46,632 nucleotides of DNA from a bacterium (GCA_031441465.1 JANOEP010000012.1:1-46632), one strand, 5' to 3'; numbered from the stretch's first letter, positions 26,901 through 34,992 are shown. The notes: generated by a model from the sequence alone, not told the origin. Made by a program: numbers and translations.

Positions 26901-29900
26901 GCTGCAGGTTCAGGGCTGGACCGATGCCGAGGGGCGCGGCGTGCCGCCGGGATTTCTGGAGCGAGAGCGCTCGGCGCTGCCCCGGGATTGGCCCACGGCG
27001 CGTCGTCGCCTCGTGCTGGGCGATCCGGCGCCCGCCTGGCTCCACAGCGCGACGGCGGTGGCCGCTGCGCGCGAAGACGGCGATCACGGCGCCTGGCTGC
27101 TGGTCGTGAGCGATTCGCCTCCGCCCGAGGCGGCCGCCCTGCGCGACGCCATGCTGTCGCCTCGGCCATCCCTGCTCGCCGGGAGCGTTTCGCAGCAGGG
27201 AGAGGGCTGGCACGCCGTCACCTGGGCCCGGCCGACCGATCTCGCCGATCCCGCACTGGTGCAACGCCTCGCCCGGCGACCCCCGACGGAGATCTGGGCC
27301 GGGGACCTGGGCGAATGGCTCCCGTCGCGCGCGACCGACGGCGGTCGCTTCGCGCCTTGCCTGCATGCGCTGCTGCACCTGGTCGACGCGCCGATGACGC
27401 TGCAGGCGACGGACCTGCCCGGTTCCTGGCGTCGTCACCTGGCGGGTCTGTTCGAGCACGCCGGCGGTCTGGTTCACGACACGCTGGACGACGCGACGAT
27501 GTCGGACCTGGAGGACCTGCCTCCCGTCGCGATCGGTCGCGTCCCGCACCCGAATTGGCCGTGCCCTTGCTGCGGGTCGGTCTCGGCTTGGCAACGCTGG
27601 TCCCAGGGCTGCCCCGCCTGCGGTTCGTCGCTGGAGCGCTGGGCGTCGCCCGCGAACCGCTCCGCGCTGCTGCGGCACATCTGGCAGGAGAAGCTCCAGG
27701 TCCTGGCCCAGCGCACGACGGCGCCCCGGACCGAACCGCTGTGCGTCTGGACGGCGCCCGAGCACCTGGAGCTGTTGACGTCCCTGCTCGAGGCGACGGG
27801 CCGTCGCTGGCGGTTGCAGCCCACCCGGCAACTGACGGTCTCTCCCGGCGCCGACGAATGGCTCGTCTGCATCCTGGGCCGAGCCGAGGAGCCGCCGGCC
27901 GAATGCCGCCACGCCCTGCTGGACCCGCCGCCCGGCGAACAGGAACTGCGACGGTTCCGCCTGCGGGCCCGCGGCGAGACGAGCCTCTGGTACCACGCGC
28001 TCGAACTGGATCCCGCCTGCGGCGCGCTGGCCGGTGACGACCGCCGCGCGACCAGCGGCGATTTCCGACGCCTGCTCGCCGTGACCTCGGCGCTGTCCCG
28101 GTCCCACGCCGGCCCCGGCGGTGACGGCGCGCTGCCGCCCCGCTGCGTGGAGGTGCTCACCGGCCTGCCCGCCGCGGATGTGCGGCGCGCCTTGGGTGTC
28201 GCAGCCTGGTCGGCGGCGGTCGGCGGCCGCAGCGTCGAGCGGGAGCAGGTGCCGCCGCCGCGGTGCGTGCGGCTCGCGGTGGCCCTGGTGGAAGCCGAGT
28301 ACCGCCTGGAGCGTCTCGGCGCACAACTGCCGCGAGTGATCTCATCGCTGGGCGCCGCGACGGCGCTGGAGGGATCGCCCCTGCTGACCGAACCGGCCCG
28401 CCTGTGGCCGTGGCTCGACCCGACCGAACGCGGTTGGTGGGACCGACTGTTGTTGGCCGTCTCGCCGCAGCGCGCGCCGTCCGGCCGGGCCCTGCTGGTC
28501 TACGCCGCGGCGGGCGGGGCGCTCCATTCGCCGCGACGCCGCTGCGGCGTGCGCGGGGACGCCGCCGCGTTGGCCGCGCTGGTCGCCGACCGGTTGGCGG
28601 CCGTGCGCCTCCGAGCGCAGGCGCTGGCCGGGAACGGGGGAGGGGCGGGCCCGCTCACCGATGCGGATGACGACGTGCACGCGGCGGGCGTGATGCTCGA
28701 CCTGTGGCGCGTCGACGGCGCGCCGGCGTGCGGCGAGATCGTCCTGGAAGAATTCGCCGCCGTGTTCGCGGCCGGAATCGACCCGGGACCCGCGGCCGAA
28801 CTCCTGGCCGCCCTGGCCCGCGAGGACGAAGTGTGGCGGGAGCAGTTGCTCGAAGCCTGGCGTGACGGCTTCCTGCCCGATGTGACTCCTGTCGCCGGGC
28901 GGCGCTCCGTACGTGAGGCCGCCACCGAGACCGTCGCCGCCTGGCCGCCGCCCGGTTCGCCGCCCCTGGTGCTGGAAGGCATGACGGGAACAGGCGCGCC
29001 CGAAGAGGCCGCTCGCCTGCTCGCCGCGCTGCTGGACGCCGGGACCGATCACCGTCAGATCGTCGTGATCGCGCCCGGCACCGCCGCAGCGGCCCGGTTC
29101 CACCTCGGCTGGCGTCGGATCCGCCCCGGCCTGCCGCTGCTGAACGTGGTGCTGGCCGGCGACAGCCTGGAACTGGGCGATCCGCCCGGGGACGGGATCC
29201 TGTCCGGCGCGCCCGCCGAAGAGGTGCTGGTGCTGCTCGAAGCCCAGGACCTCACGACCACGCTGCGTTTCCGCGCCGCCCAGCGATTCCAGGCCGGCCG
29301 GCAGCTGTGGACGGTGGACCCGATGCTCTGCCAGGAGACGCGCGAGCACCTCTACCTGGTGGTGCCGCCCCGGCAGCAGGTGGTCGCCCTGCGGGACCAG
29401 CGCGACCAGTCGCGCCAGGTGTGCGAGGAGATCCTGGATCTGGTCGCGCGTTTCGCCGGCGAACGACCTCGCGTCCGCGCCCGGCGACGGGAACGCGGCG
29501 AGGTCGTGTCCTCCTACACCACCAACGGCCCGGAGGCCGTCAACCTCATCGTCGAACAGCAACGCGGCGGCGCCGGGCGTCTTTGGAATCTGGTCGCACC
29601 GGTGCGCGGCGATTTTGTCACGCTCGCGCAGAGTGCGTCGCTCGCGGGCTGGATCCCGGTGGAACGCCACCGCCTGGATGCGCTGCTGCTGCCGGGACCG
29701 CTCGAGATCCTGGCCCTGGCCTTGGACGTGGCCGCCCGCGGCGCCGCACCCGTCCACGCCGCCACACCTGCCGCCGCCGGCCTGATGACGGCGCCGGCGT
29801 CTCAGGAATACCGGCGGTGGCTGGCAGAAGCGGCCCCGCCGCCGACCGCGACCCTGGCGACTCTGATTTCCCTGGTGGCCCGCGCCGGCTGGTCGGAATC

Positions 29901-30234
29901 ACTGCTGGCTTGGCCGGTGGTGCGCCGTCGGTTGAAGGGGCTCGTCGCGGACTTCGGCGCCACCTCGCTCGCGGATCTGGCCCGCGAGCCGCTGCTGGCC
30001 GCGTGGCGGCTCGAAGTCGACGGTATCGGCGACCTGCGGGCGCCGCCGGGCGGGTCGCCGATCCTGGCGCTCACGACACCCGACGACGGCGTCGGCGGCC
30101 GGCCCCACGATCTGGCGTGCCTGTTCTTCGGCAACGAGATGCCGCGGCATCTCTACCGCGCGATCGCGCCGGCGGGCGACCGGCTGCTGGTGTGCTACAA
30201 GGACCGCTCGCCGCTCGGGGAGGACGGCGACTGA
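23959..30234 (+). CDS. 2091-aa hypothetical protein; probable fusion of inactivated DnaQ-exonuclease, DinG, RecQ and UvrD modules
   Basis: ATG 23959 after AGGGG, 23 bp downstream of the leuS stop; uninterrupted 6.3-kb frame filling the space to the next gene; spacing of degenerate helicase motifs recognisable by eye (see findings). Confidence in the CDS is higher than in the product call. Confidence 0.75.
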   Translation: MNYWDQLAEARARLEAGDLRQAEACFAEAGDSRERSPVRVFLSEKMGSAAKRALTRIRGAGAGDKGEAGRWERERADFVACFREQARGLLDRARASVAAPGAVPPRERLNLAAGAAYLTASSELADLRRIDPSPFLEAALAAACEAGCPPPDGLLAVSLPLAADVRLRLAARVLEFARRGPLDDAARGLARDADALLAPEHMVGPAQEAERLWLAAQLAEGPLDDAPRAAALYAACVREPGTPADRCDLARLAAAALLANLDRFALPVPRYDEALALLEAVAADATVERRRRAALSVLQERQIATRDGIWASAAKGAGKVQGQGAGRVDGFVVVWRRSRPVDVLSWHDGASAAAVAAYLGEARERVLVLDEIGNELPSWELRSLVEALLEPELPAHGLDDGMLTSLAALRCEAPSSHPLFGDEPRGPSSGAVADALRAGRVWLGAAARLAAAEPGQRGMIRELARRGDAAAKLVAAFLPPDLVRPQGWPLTPLQDRPSPRAFGTTAMDGGRRHVEPRDPELAASASALVFTADRASALEAWGQRRGAWRVVLDGADRLAEFAGALARHPGAWTLVPPAGSIHDRDAALSRLSDLATTPGLGLLPLVHACRLAASHNGDLADHRRLRPRSHGACPLFDRYETWTAQLPRCDATTEPAGWAAELARRVDGDAAVVGLVGDLPVDEAARARRWGLDGRAAAWVFADAAVINWRWHRRGAAEPAARHRALAGAGTGQLSLLAPAPILDGDLTAVLGNWLSAHGACRVFVRGGDATTPVSLAVGGPPPDARVRLGAAAVAHARRLSQLSGTAGACLLVPATGPLGACLQGLARGEVTASPAARLAVERQDDFWDDPDTARRCAGGVVYVPQMESLDPVAAGGTDDASWQRRDAAAATAAEQRRALLALELHALRSRGAGTIMVGDTRWWRTFPLGAAGSPALDAAGAAALAGAWDVGVFDLDGEPARAPQRRGRDADPLRTAVVGWLQVQGWTDAEGRGVPPGFLERERSALPRDWPTARRRLVLGDPAPAWLHSATAVAAAREDGDHGAWLLVVSDSPPPEAAALRDAMLSPRPSLLAGSVSQQGEGWHAVTWARPTDLADPALVQRLARRPPTEIWAGDLGEWLPSRATDGGRFAPCLHALLHLVDAPMTLQATDLPGSWRRHLAGLFEHAGGLVHDTLDDATMSDLEDLPPVAIGRVPHPNWPCPCCGSVSAWQRWSQGCPACGSSLERWASPANRSALLRHIWQEKLQVLAQRTTAPRTEPLCVWTAPEHLELLTSLLEATGRRWRLQPTRQLTVSPGADEWLVCILGRAEEPPAECRHALLDPPPGEQELRRFRLRARGETSLWYHALELDPACGALAGDDRRATSGDFRRLLAVTSALSRSHAGPGGDGALPPRCVEVLTGLPAADVRRALGVAAWSAAVGGRSVEREQVPPPRCVRLAVALVEAEYRLERLGAQLPRVISSLGAATALEGSPLLTEPARLWPWLDPTERGWWDRLLLAVSPQRAPSGRALLVYAAAGGALHSPRRRCGVRGDAAALAALVADRLAAVRLRAQALAGNGGGAGPLTDADDDVHAAGVMLDLWRVDGAPACGEIVLEEFAAVFAAGIDPGPAAELLAALAREDEVWREQLLEAWRDGFLPDVTPVAGRRSVREAATETVAAWPPPGSPPLVLEGMTGTGAPEEAARLLAALLDAGTDHRQIVVIAPGTAAAARFHLGWRRIRPGLPLLNVVLAGDSLELGDPPGDGILSGAPAEEVLVLLEAQDLTTTLRFRAAQRFQAGRQLWTVDPMLCQETREHLYLVVPPRQQVVALRDQRDQSRQVCEEILDLVARFAGERPRVRARRRERGEVVSSYTTNGPEAVNLIVEQQRGGAGRLWNLVAPVRGDFVTLAQSASLAGWIPVERHRLDALLLPGPLEILALALDVAARGAAPVHAATPAAAGLMTAPASQEYRRWLAEAAPPPTATLATLISLVARAGWSESLLAWPVVRRRLKGLVADFGATSLADLAREPLLAAWRLEVDGIGDLRAPPGGSPILALTTPDDGVGGRPHDLACLFFGNEMPRHLYRAIAPAGDRLLVCYKDRSPLGEDGD

Positions 30235-30680
30235 TCCCCACGGTCGGTCGCGAGGCGACGACGGGCCACCGCCAGCGCCGCGGGATAGCCGGCCGCCGCC
30301 AGCGCGACGCCCAGCGCGATCGCGCCGAGCCAGGCCGTCAGCAGCGCTTCGCCCAGCTGGGCTCGGGCCAGCGCGCCGCTGACGAGGTCCGGCATAGGAC
30401 GCCCGAGCAGCCAGGTGCCCAACCGCACGTCGAGCAGCGCCAGGGGCAGGAAGGTGAGCGGGTTCGAGAGGTTCGAGGCCAGCAGCGCCGCCGGCCGGTT
30501 CGCGCGCAGCGCCGCCGCCAGGCCCAGGGCCATCCAGGTGTGCAGGCCGAGCACCGGGGTCGGCGCCACCAGCAGTCCCGCCGCCACGCCGCGCGCCAGG
30601 GCCCGCGGGTCCCGCGTCGGTCCCACCGCCGCCCGCCACACCCCGCGCACGTCTTGCCGCCATCTTGCCGGCAGCCCCAT
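30195..30680 (-). CDS. DUF2062-family membrane protein
   Basis: P..LARGVAAGL.V..TP..G.HT...L.LA..LR.N..AA....N.SNPLT..P pattern with hydrophobic helices; 3' end overlaps the giant ORF by 40 bp. Confidence 0.8.
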   Translation of the reverse strand: MGLPARWRQDVRGVWRAAVGPTRDPRALARGVAAGLLVAPTPVLGLHTWMALGLAAALRANRPAALLASNLSNPLTFLPLALLDVRLGTWLLGRPMPDLVSGALARAQLGEALLTAWLGAIALGVALAAAGYPAALAVARRRLATDRGDQSPSSPSGERSL

Positions 30681-30697
30681 CGCCGCTCCCTCTTTTC

Positions 30698-30726
30698 TTG
30701 TTCGCCGTATCGGCGGCTGCTACCTT
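30698..30726 (+). promoter_or_regulatory. possible sigma70 promoter for tnaA
   Basis: TTGTTC (30698-30703), 17 bp, extended -10 TGcTACCTT. Confidence 0.45.
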
Positions 30727-30798
30727 CGAATCCTCAGGATGCTCGCCCGTGCCGCCCGTGGCAAGGTCTTCCGACGTCTCCCTGGTCGAGGAGGATCC

Positions 30799-32193
30799 AT
30801 GGATTTGCCCTTCGTCCCCTACCGCATCAAGGTTGTCGAACCGGTCCGCCGCGTGAGCCGCGAGGAACGCGCCGCGGCGCTGACCAAGGCCGGCTACAAC
30901 GTGTTCGGCCTGGCGAGTTCCACGATCTACGTCGACCTGTTGACCGACAGCGGCACCTCGGCGATGAGCGACGCCCAGTGGGGCGCTCTAGTGCAGGGGG
31001 ACGAGGCCTACGCGGGCAGCCGCAACTACTACGACTTCGAGGACACCATCCGCGACATCTTCGGCTACCGCCACGTCATCCCCACGCACCAGGGTCGCGT
31101 GGCGGAAAACCTCTTGTTCACCACGCGGCTCGACCAGCGCTCGGTCGTGCCCAACAACATCCATTTCGACACCACGCGCGCCAACGTCGAGCACCAGGGG
31201 GCGCTGGCGCTCGACTGCGTCATCGACGAGGGGCTCGACCCCACCGGCGACCACCCGTTCAAGGGCGACATGTCGCTGGCGAAGCTGGCCGAGGCCTTCG
31301 ACCGGTACGGCGACCGCATCCCCTTCGTCATGATCACGATCACCAACAACAGCGGCGGCGGGCAGCCCGTCTCGCTGAAGAACATCCGCGAGGTCTCCGC
31401 GTTCTGCCACGGCAAGGGCGTGCCCCTGATCTTCGACGCCTGCCGCTTCGCCGAGAACTCGTGGTTCATCAAGCGGCGCGAACCGGGCTACTGCGACCGC
31501 TCCATCAAGGAGATCGCGCGGGAGATCTTCGCCCTCGGCGACGGCTGCACGATGAGCGCCAAGAAGGACGCCCTGGTGAACATGGGCGGCTTCCTCTGCC
31601 TCAACGACGACGACTGGGCCCGCGACGTCACCAACCTGCTGATCCTCATCGAGGGCTTCCGCACCTACGGCGGCCTGGCCGGGCGCGACCTGGCCGCGGT
31701 CGCGCAGGGCCTGCGCGAAGTGCTCGATGACGATTACCTGACCTACCGCATCGGCCAGGTCGCCCGCATGGGCGAGCAGATGCAGGAGCGCGGCGTGCCG
31801 ATCCTGACGCCCGTCGGCGGCCATGCCGTCTACGTCGACGCGCGCCGCCTGCTGCCGCACCTGCCCCAGAGCGCGTTCCCGGCGCAGGCGTTGACCTGCG
31901 CCCTGTACCTCGAGGGGGGGGTGCGCGGGGTCGAGATCGGCAGCCTGATGTTCGCGCACGCCGACCCCGCGACGGGCCGGACCGTGCACCCCGCGATGGA
32001 ACTGGTGCGCCTGGCCGTGCCGCGACGCGTCTACACCGAGACGCACCTGGCCTACGTGGCGGAGGTCTGCGGTCGCCTGCGCGAGATCGGCGAGCGCCTG
32101 CGCGGTCTGGAAATCGTCGAGGAGGCGCCGGTCCTGCGCCACTTCACGGCGCGCCTGCGCCCGCTCGGCGGCGGGGCCCTGATCGAGGCTTGA
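30799..32193 (+). CDS. tnaA: tryptophanase (beta-eliminating lyase family)
   Basis: GAGGAGG RBS; PYRIKVVE, DLLTDSGT, GDEAYAGS, PTHQGR, HFDTT, PLP lysine in MSAKKD, C-terminal LRHFTA. Tyrosine phenol-lyase typically has MSGKKD and LRFFTA instead. Confidence 0.9.
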   Translation: MDLPFVPYRIKVVEPVRRVSREERAAALTKAGYNVFGLASSTIYVDLLTDSGTSAMSDAQWGALVQGDEAYAGSRNYYDFEDTIRDIFGYRHVIPTHQGRVAENLLFTTRLDQRSVVPNNIHFDTTRANVEHQGALALDCVIDEGLDPTGDHPFKGDMSLAKLAEAFDRYGDRIPFVMITITNNSGGGQPVSLKNIREVSAFCHGKGVPLIFDACRFAENSWFIKRREPGYCDRSIKEIAREIFALGDGCTMSAKKDALVNMGGFLCLNDDDWARDVTNLLILIEGFRTYGGLAGRDLAAVAQGLREVLDDDYLTYRIGQVARMGEQMQERGVPILTPVGGHAVYVDARRLLPHLPQSAFPAQALTCALYLEGGVRGVEIGSLMFAHADPATGRTVHPAMELVRLAVPRRVYTETHLAYVAEVCGRLREIGERLRGLEIVEEAPVLRHFTARLRPLGGGALIEA

Positions 32194-32206
32194 GAGGGAG
32201 GCGTCC

Positions 32207-32845
32207 TTGTTGCTGCGCGTGGAACCCGGCGACTGGGCGCACGCCGCGGCCGTCGCGGCGCTCGCCCGCGAAGCGGCCCGTTGCCACGGCTTGACGGAGC
32301 GGCTCCGCGAACTGTCGTTGATCCTCGACGACTTCGTGCCCGACGAACGGCCATGGCTGCGTTTCCCGAACCCGGACTCGCTGGAGATCTACGGCCATCC
32401 CGGCCACTTCCTCGCCGAGCGCGGCGCCGAACTCCCCGGCCGGTTGCCGACCCTGCCGTGGGAGTTCCGCGCCTCGCCGGCGACCGTCGAGGCGCCGCCG
32501 TTCGCACCCGTGCGCGGCGAGCGTTTCCTGCACCACCACTTCCTGGCCGTGGCCGACATGCTGGTGTCGCGGATCGACCCCGCCCGGGTGCCGCCGGTGC
32601 GGGCCGAGGCGTTCCAGGAGGTCTGGGACGTGACGATCGACGGCCGTCTGCGGCGTCACCACCTGCCGGGTCTCCCGGTGGCCGAGCGCCGCCGCCGTTT
32701 CGCCCGTCTCTTCGGACCCGCGGGCGTGCTGCTGCCCAGGCATTGGGAATTGTTCCACGAACTCTGGGAATGCGACGACCCGACGCAGGACGGCCTGCTC
32801 GCCTGCGCGGACCGGCTGCCGCCCCTCGGGCTGCGGCGGGCCTGA
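32207..32845 (+). CDS. hypothetical protein
   Basis: TTG start after GGAGG, 13 bp behind tnaA; normal codon bias; contains FLHHHFLAVADML and WDVTIDGRL. Confidence 0.7.
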   Translation: MLLRVEPGDWAHAAAVAALAREAARCHGLTERLRELSLILDDFVPDERPWLRFPNPDSLEIYGHPGHFLAERGAELPGRLPTLPWEFRASPATVEAPPFAPVRGERFLHHHFLAVADMLVSRIDPARVPPVRAEAFQEVWDVTIDGRLRRHHLPGLPVAERRRRFARLFGPAGVLLPRHWELFHELWECDDPTQDGLLACADRLPPLGLRRA

Positions 32846-33053
32846 ACCCGGTCCTGCGGCGGGGATTGCATTTGCTTTTTCAGCCGTGGTTCGCCAATTT
32901 CATGTCACGGTCGCCTGCGAGAACCGGTGTTGACGGGGCAGCGCGGCGGCGGGTACCTTGCGATCGCGACCCTGCGCTGCGCAGGCCCGGATTCGTCGGT
33001 TGAGCCGGCCGCGGACGGTCGGCGCGATTCGATACCCCCAAGGGAGGTTGTCC

Positions 33054-33947
33054 ATGTTTGCTGCAACGTCCGTGCTGCGACGGACTCCGCTTCTCCTCGT
33101 GGCGATCGTGGTCGCCGCGGTCCTGGCCGGCCTCGCCGGCTGCAGCAGGGAAGAAGTGGTGGTCGATCCCTACCGGTCCGCCCCGTTGGAGGCCGTCATG
33201 GCGGGCGCCGACACCATCCGCAGCCCGGACTTCCTGTTCGAGATCGACGGGCCCGCGCTCTACTTCGCGCGCGGCGACGTGGCGATCGTCAAGCAGGGCA
33301 ACCAGATGCATTTCCTGGTCGGACCCGCTCTCCAGGCGGACTACGCGGGCAAGTACCAGGGCCAGCGCCTCGGCGTCCAGAAGCGCTTCACCGACCGCGC
33401 GACCGGGACGGCCACGACGCACCTGTGCCTGATGGGCGTGCGCCAGGGCAGCACGATGGCGACCGTCGATTCGATCGGCAGCTACACCCTGCCGACGATC
33501 CTCAAGCTCAGCAAGCAGCAGCTCGAAACCCCGGGCACGAACCTCAACGAGATGGACGCCCGCGTCTTCGAGTCGTTCAAGGCGCTGCTGCCGGCGACTC
33601 CCGGCGCCCGCGCGCCGGACGCCCAGTCGATGGTGGAGCGCTTCGTCTACGCGCCGCGCCATGACCTCACGGCGGAGCAGCGCGCGAACCCCGGCCCGAA
33701 CGATCACGCGTGGTACATCGTGCTCGACCAGGCGACACTACGCGTCGTGGACGTGGGCCCCGGCGCCCACTACATGCTCCAGGTGCTGCAGGAGAAGAAC
33801 CTGCCCCTGGTCGGCTCGTTCTCGCTCGTCGAGGTTTCCGATTCGATCATCGAGCGCACCAGGTCCTACGGCAGCCTGCGCAACGTATGCGGCACGATCA
33901 GGATCAACTGGTTCAAGATCGCGAACACCGTGGTGCGCGGCACCTAG
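33054..33947 (+). CDS. hypothetical lipoprotein
   Basis: GGAGG RBS; basic-hydrophobic signal ending in lipobox LAG-C; strong GC3 bias; possible promoter TTGACG-18-TACCTT at 32930-32959. Confidence 0.8.
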   Translation: MFAATSVLRRTPLLLVAIVVAAVLAGLAGCSREEVVVDPYRSAPLEAVMAGADTIRSPDFLFEIDGPALYFARGDVAIVKQGNQMHFLVGPALQADYAGKYQGQRLGVQKRFTDRATGTATTHLCLMGVRQGSTMATVDSIGSYTLPTILKLSKQQLETPGTNLNEMDARVFESFKALLPATPGARAPDAQSMVERFVYAPRHDLTAEQRANPGPNDHAWYIVLDQATLRVVDVGPGAHYMLQVLQEKNLPLVGSFSLVEVSDSIIERTRSYGSLRNVCGTIRINWFKIANTVVRGT

Positions 33948-33965
33948 GGGACCGCGACCGCCCGC

Positions 33966-34006
33966 AACGAGCGAGCCCCCGCCGGTCGGCGGGGGCTCGC
34001 TTCGTT
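33966..34006. terminator. hairpin terminator between convergent lipoprotein and pfkA
   Basis: AACGAGCGAGCCCCCGCC-GGTC-GGCGGGGGCTCGCTTCGTT long GC stem. Confidence 0.8.
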
Positions 34007-34032
34007 CCGTGCGCCCGGGCCGGGTGCCGGCG

Positions 34033-34992
34033 TCAAGTCAGCAACCGCAGCATCTGCTCGTAGGCCAGGACCTGCTTGCGGGCGGTGTCGCTGCGCGAGG
34101 CCAGCGGGCTGGTCTTGATGCGGCTGGCGACCAACCCGACCATCTTGCCGCGCTCGCCGCCGAGCAGCAACTGCGTGGCTTCGACGCCGAATCGCGTGGC
34201 CAGCATGCGGTCCGAGGCCGAGGGGGAGCCGCCGCGCTGCACGTGGCCGAGCACGACCATGCGGATGCTGCGCTTCAGCCGGCTCTTGAGTTCGTACTCG
34301 ATGTAGGGCGCCTTGGCGGCGCCCTCGGCGACCAGGATCACCGCGTGCTGCTTGCCGCGGTTGTAGCCGCCTTCGATGCGGCGGCAGATGGCGTCCAGGT
34401 CGAAGGGGATTTCCGGGACGATCACTTCCTCGGCGCCGGTGCAGAGGCCGGCCGCCATGGCCAGCAGGCCGCAGGAGCGGCCCATGACCTCGATCACGAA
34501 GATCCGCCCGTGGCTCGAGGCCGTGTCGCGGATCTTGTCCACGGCGTCCACGGCGATGTTCAGCGCCGAGTCGAAGCCGATGGAGAAGTCGGTGCCGGGG
34601 ATGTCGTTGTCGATCGTCGCCGGCACTCCCATCACCGGCAGGTCGAATTTCTTGTCGAGCACCGCGCCGCCGCGGAAACTGCCGTCGCCGCCGATGATCA
34701 CCAGGCCGTCGAGTTTCAGTTTCTTCAGTGCGTGGCCGACCTTCTCCTGCCCGGCCTCCTCCTTGAAGTCCGGGTAGCGGAAGGTGCGCAGGATCGTGCC
34801 GCCGGCGTGCAGGATGCCCGCGACGTCGCGCGAGTTCAGCGGCCGCGCGTCGGCCTCGCTCAGGCCCAGCCAGCCCCGCTGGATGCCGACCACCTCGACG
34901 CCGCCGCTCAGCGCCGTCCTCACGACGGCCCGCAGGGCCGCGTTCATGCCGGCGGAGTCGCCGCCTCCCGTCAAGACACCGATGCGCTTCAT
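34033..34992 (-). CDS. pfkA: ATP-dependent 6-phosphofructokinase
   Basis: MKRIGVLTGGGDSAGMNAA, GGTIL, IGGDGS..G, PATIDNDI.GTD, DTASSH, EVMGR, LGHVQRGG.P...DR. Confidence 0.97.
   Translation of the reverse strand: MKRIGVLTGGGDSAGMNAALRAVVRTALSGGVEVVGIQRGWLGLSEADARPLNSRDVAGILHAGGTILRTFRYPDFKEEAGQEKVGHALKKLKLDGLVIIGGDGSFRGGAVLDKKFDLPVMGVPATIDNDIPGTDFSIGFDSALNIAVDAVDKIRDTASSHGRIFVIEVMGRSCGLLAMAAGLCTGAEEVIVPEIPFDLDAICRRIEGGYNRGKQHAVILVAEGAAKAPYIEYELKSRLKRSIRMVVLGHVQRGGSPSASDRMLATRFGVEATQLLLGGERGKMVGLVASRIKTSPLASRSDTARKQVLAYEQMLRLLT

Noticed and set aside
23959..30234. Giant ORF as an active helicase, defence-island gene or simple pseudogene
   Set aside because: No intact Walker A/B in any module, no neighbouring defence or mobility genes, and no stops or frameshifts over 6.3 kb. 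A pseudoenzyme reading fits better, although recent decay cannot be excluded without orthologs.
30799..32193. Tyrosine phenol-lyase assignment
   Set aside because: MSAKKD and LRHFTA match tryptophanase rather than TPL (MSGKKD, LRFFTA).
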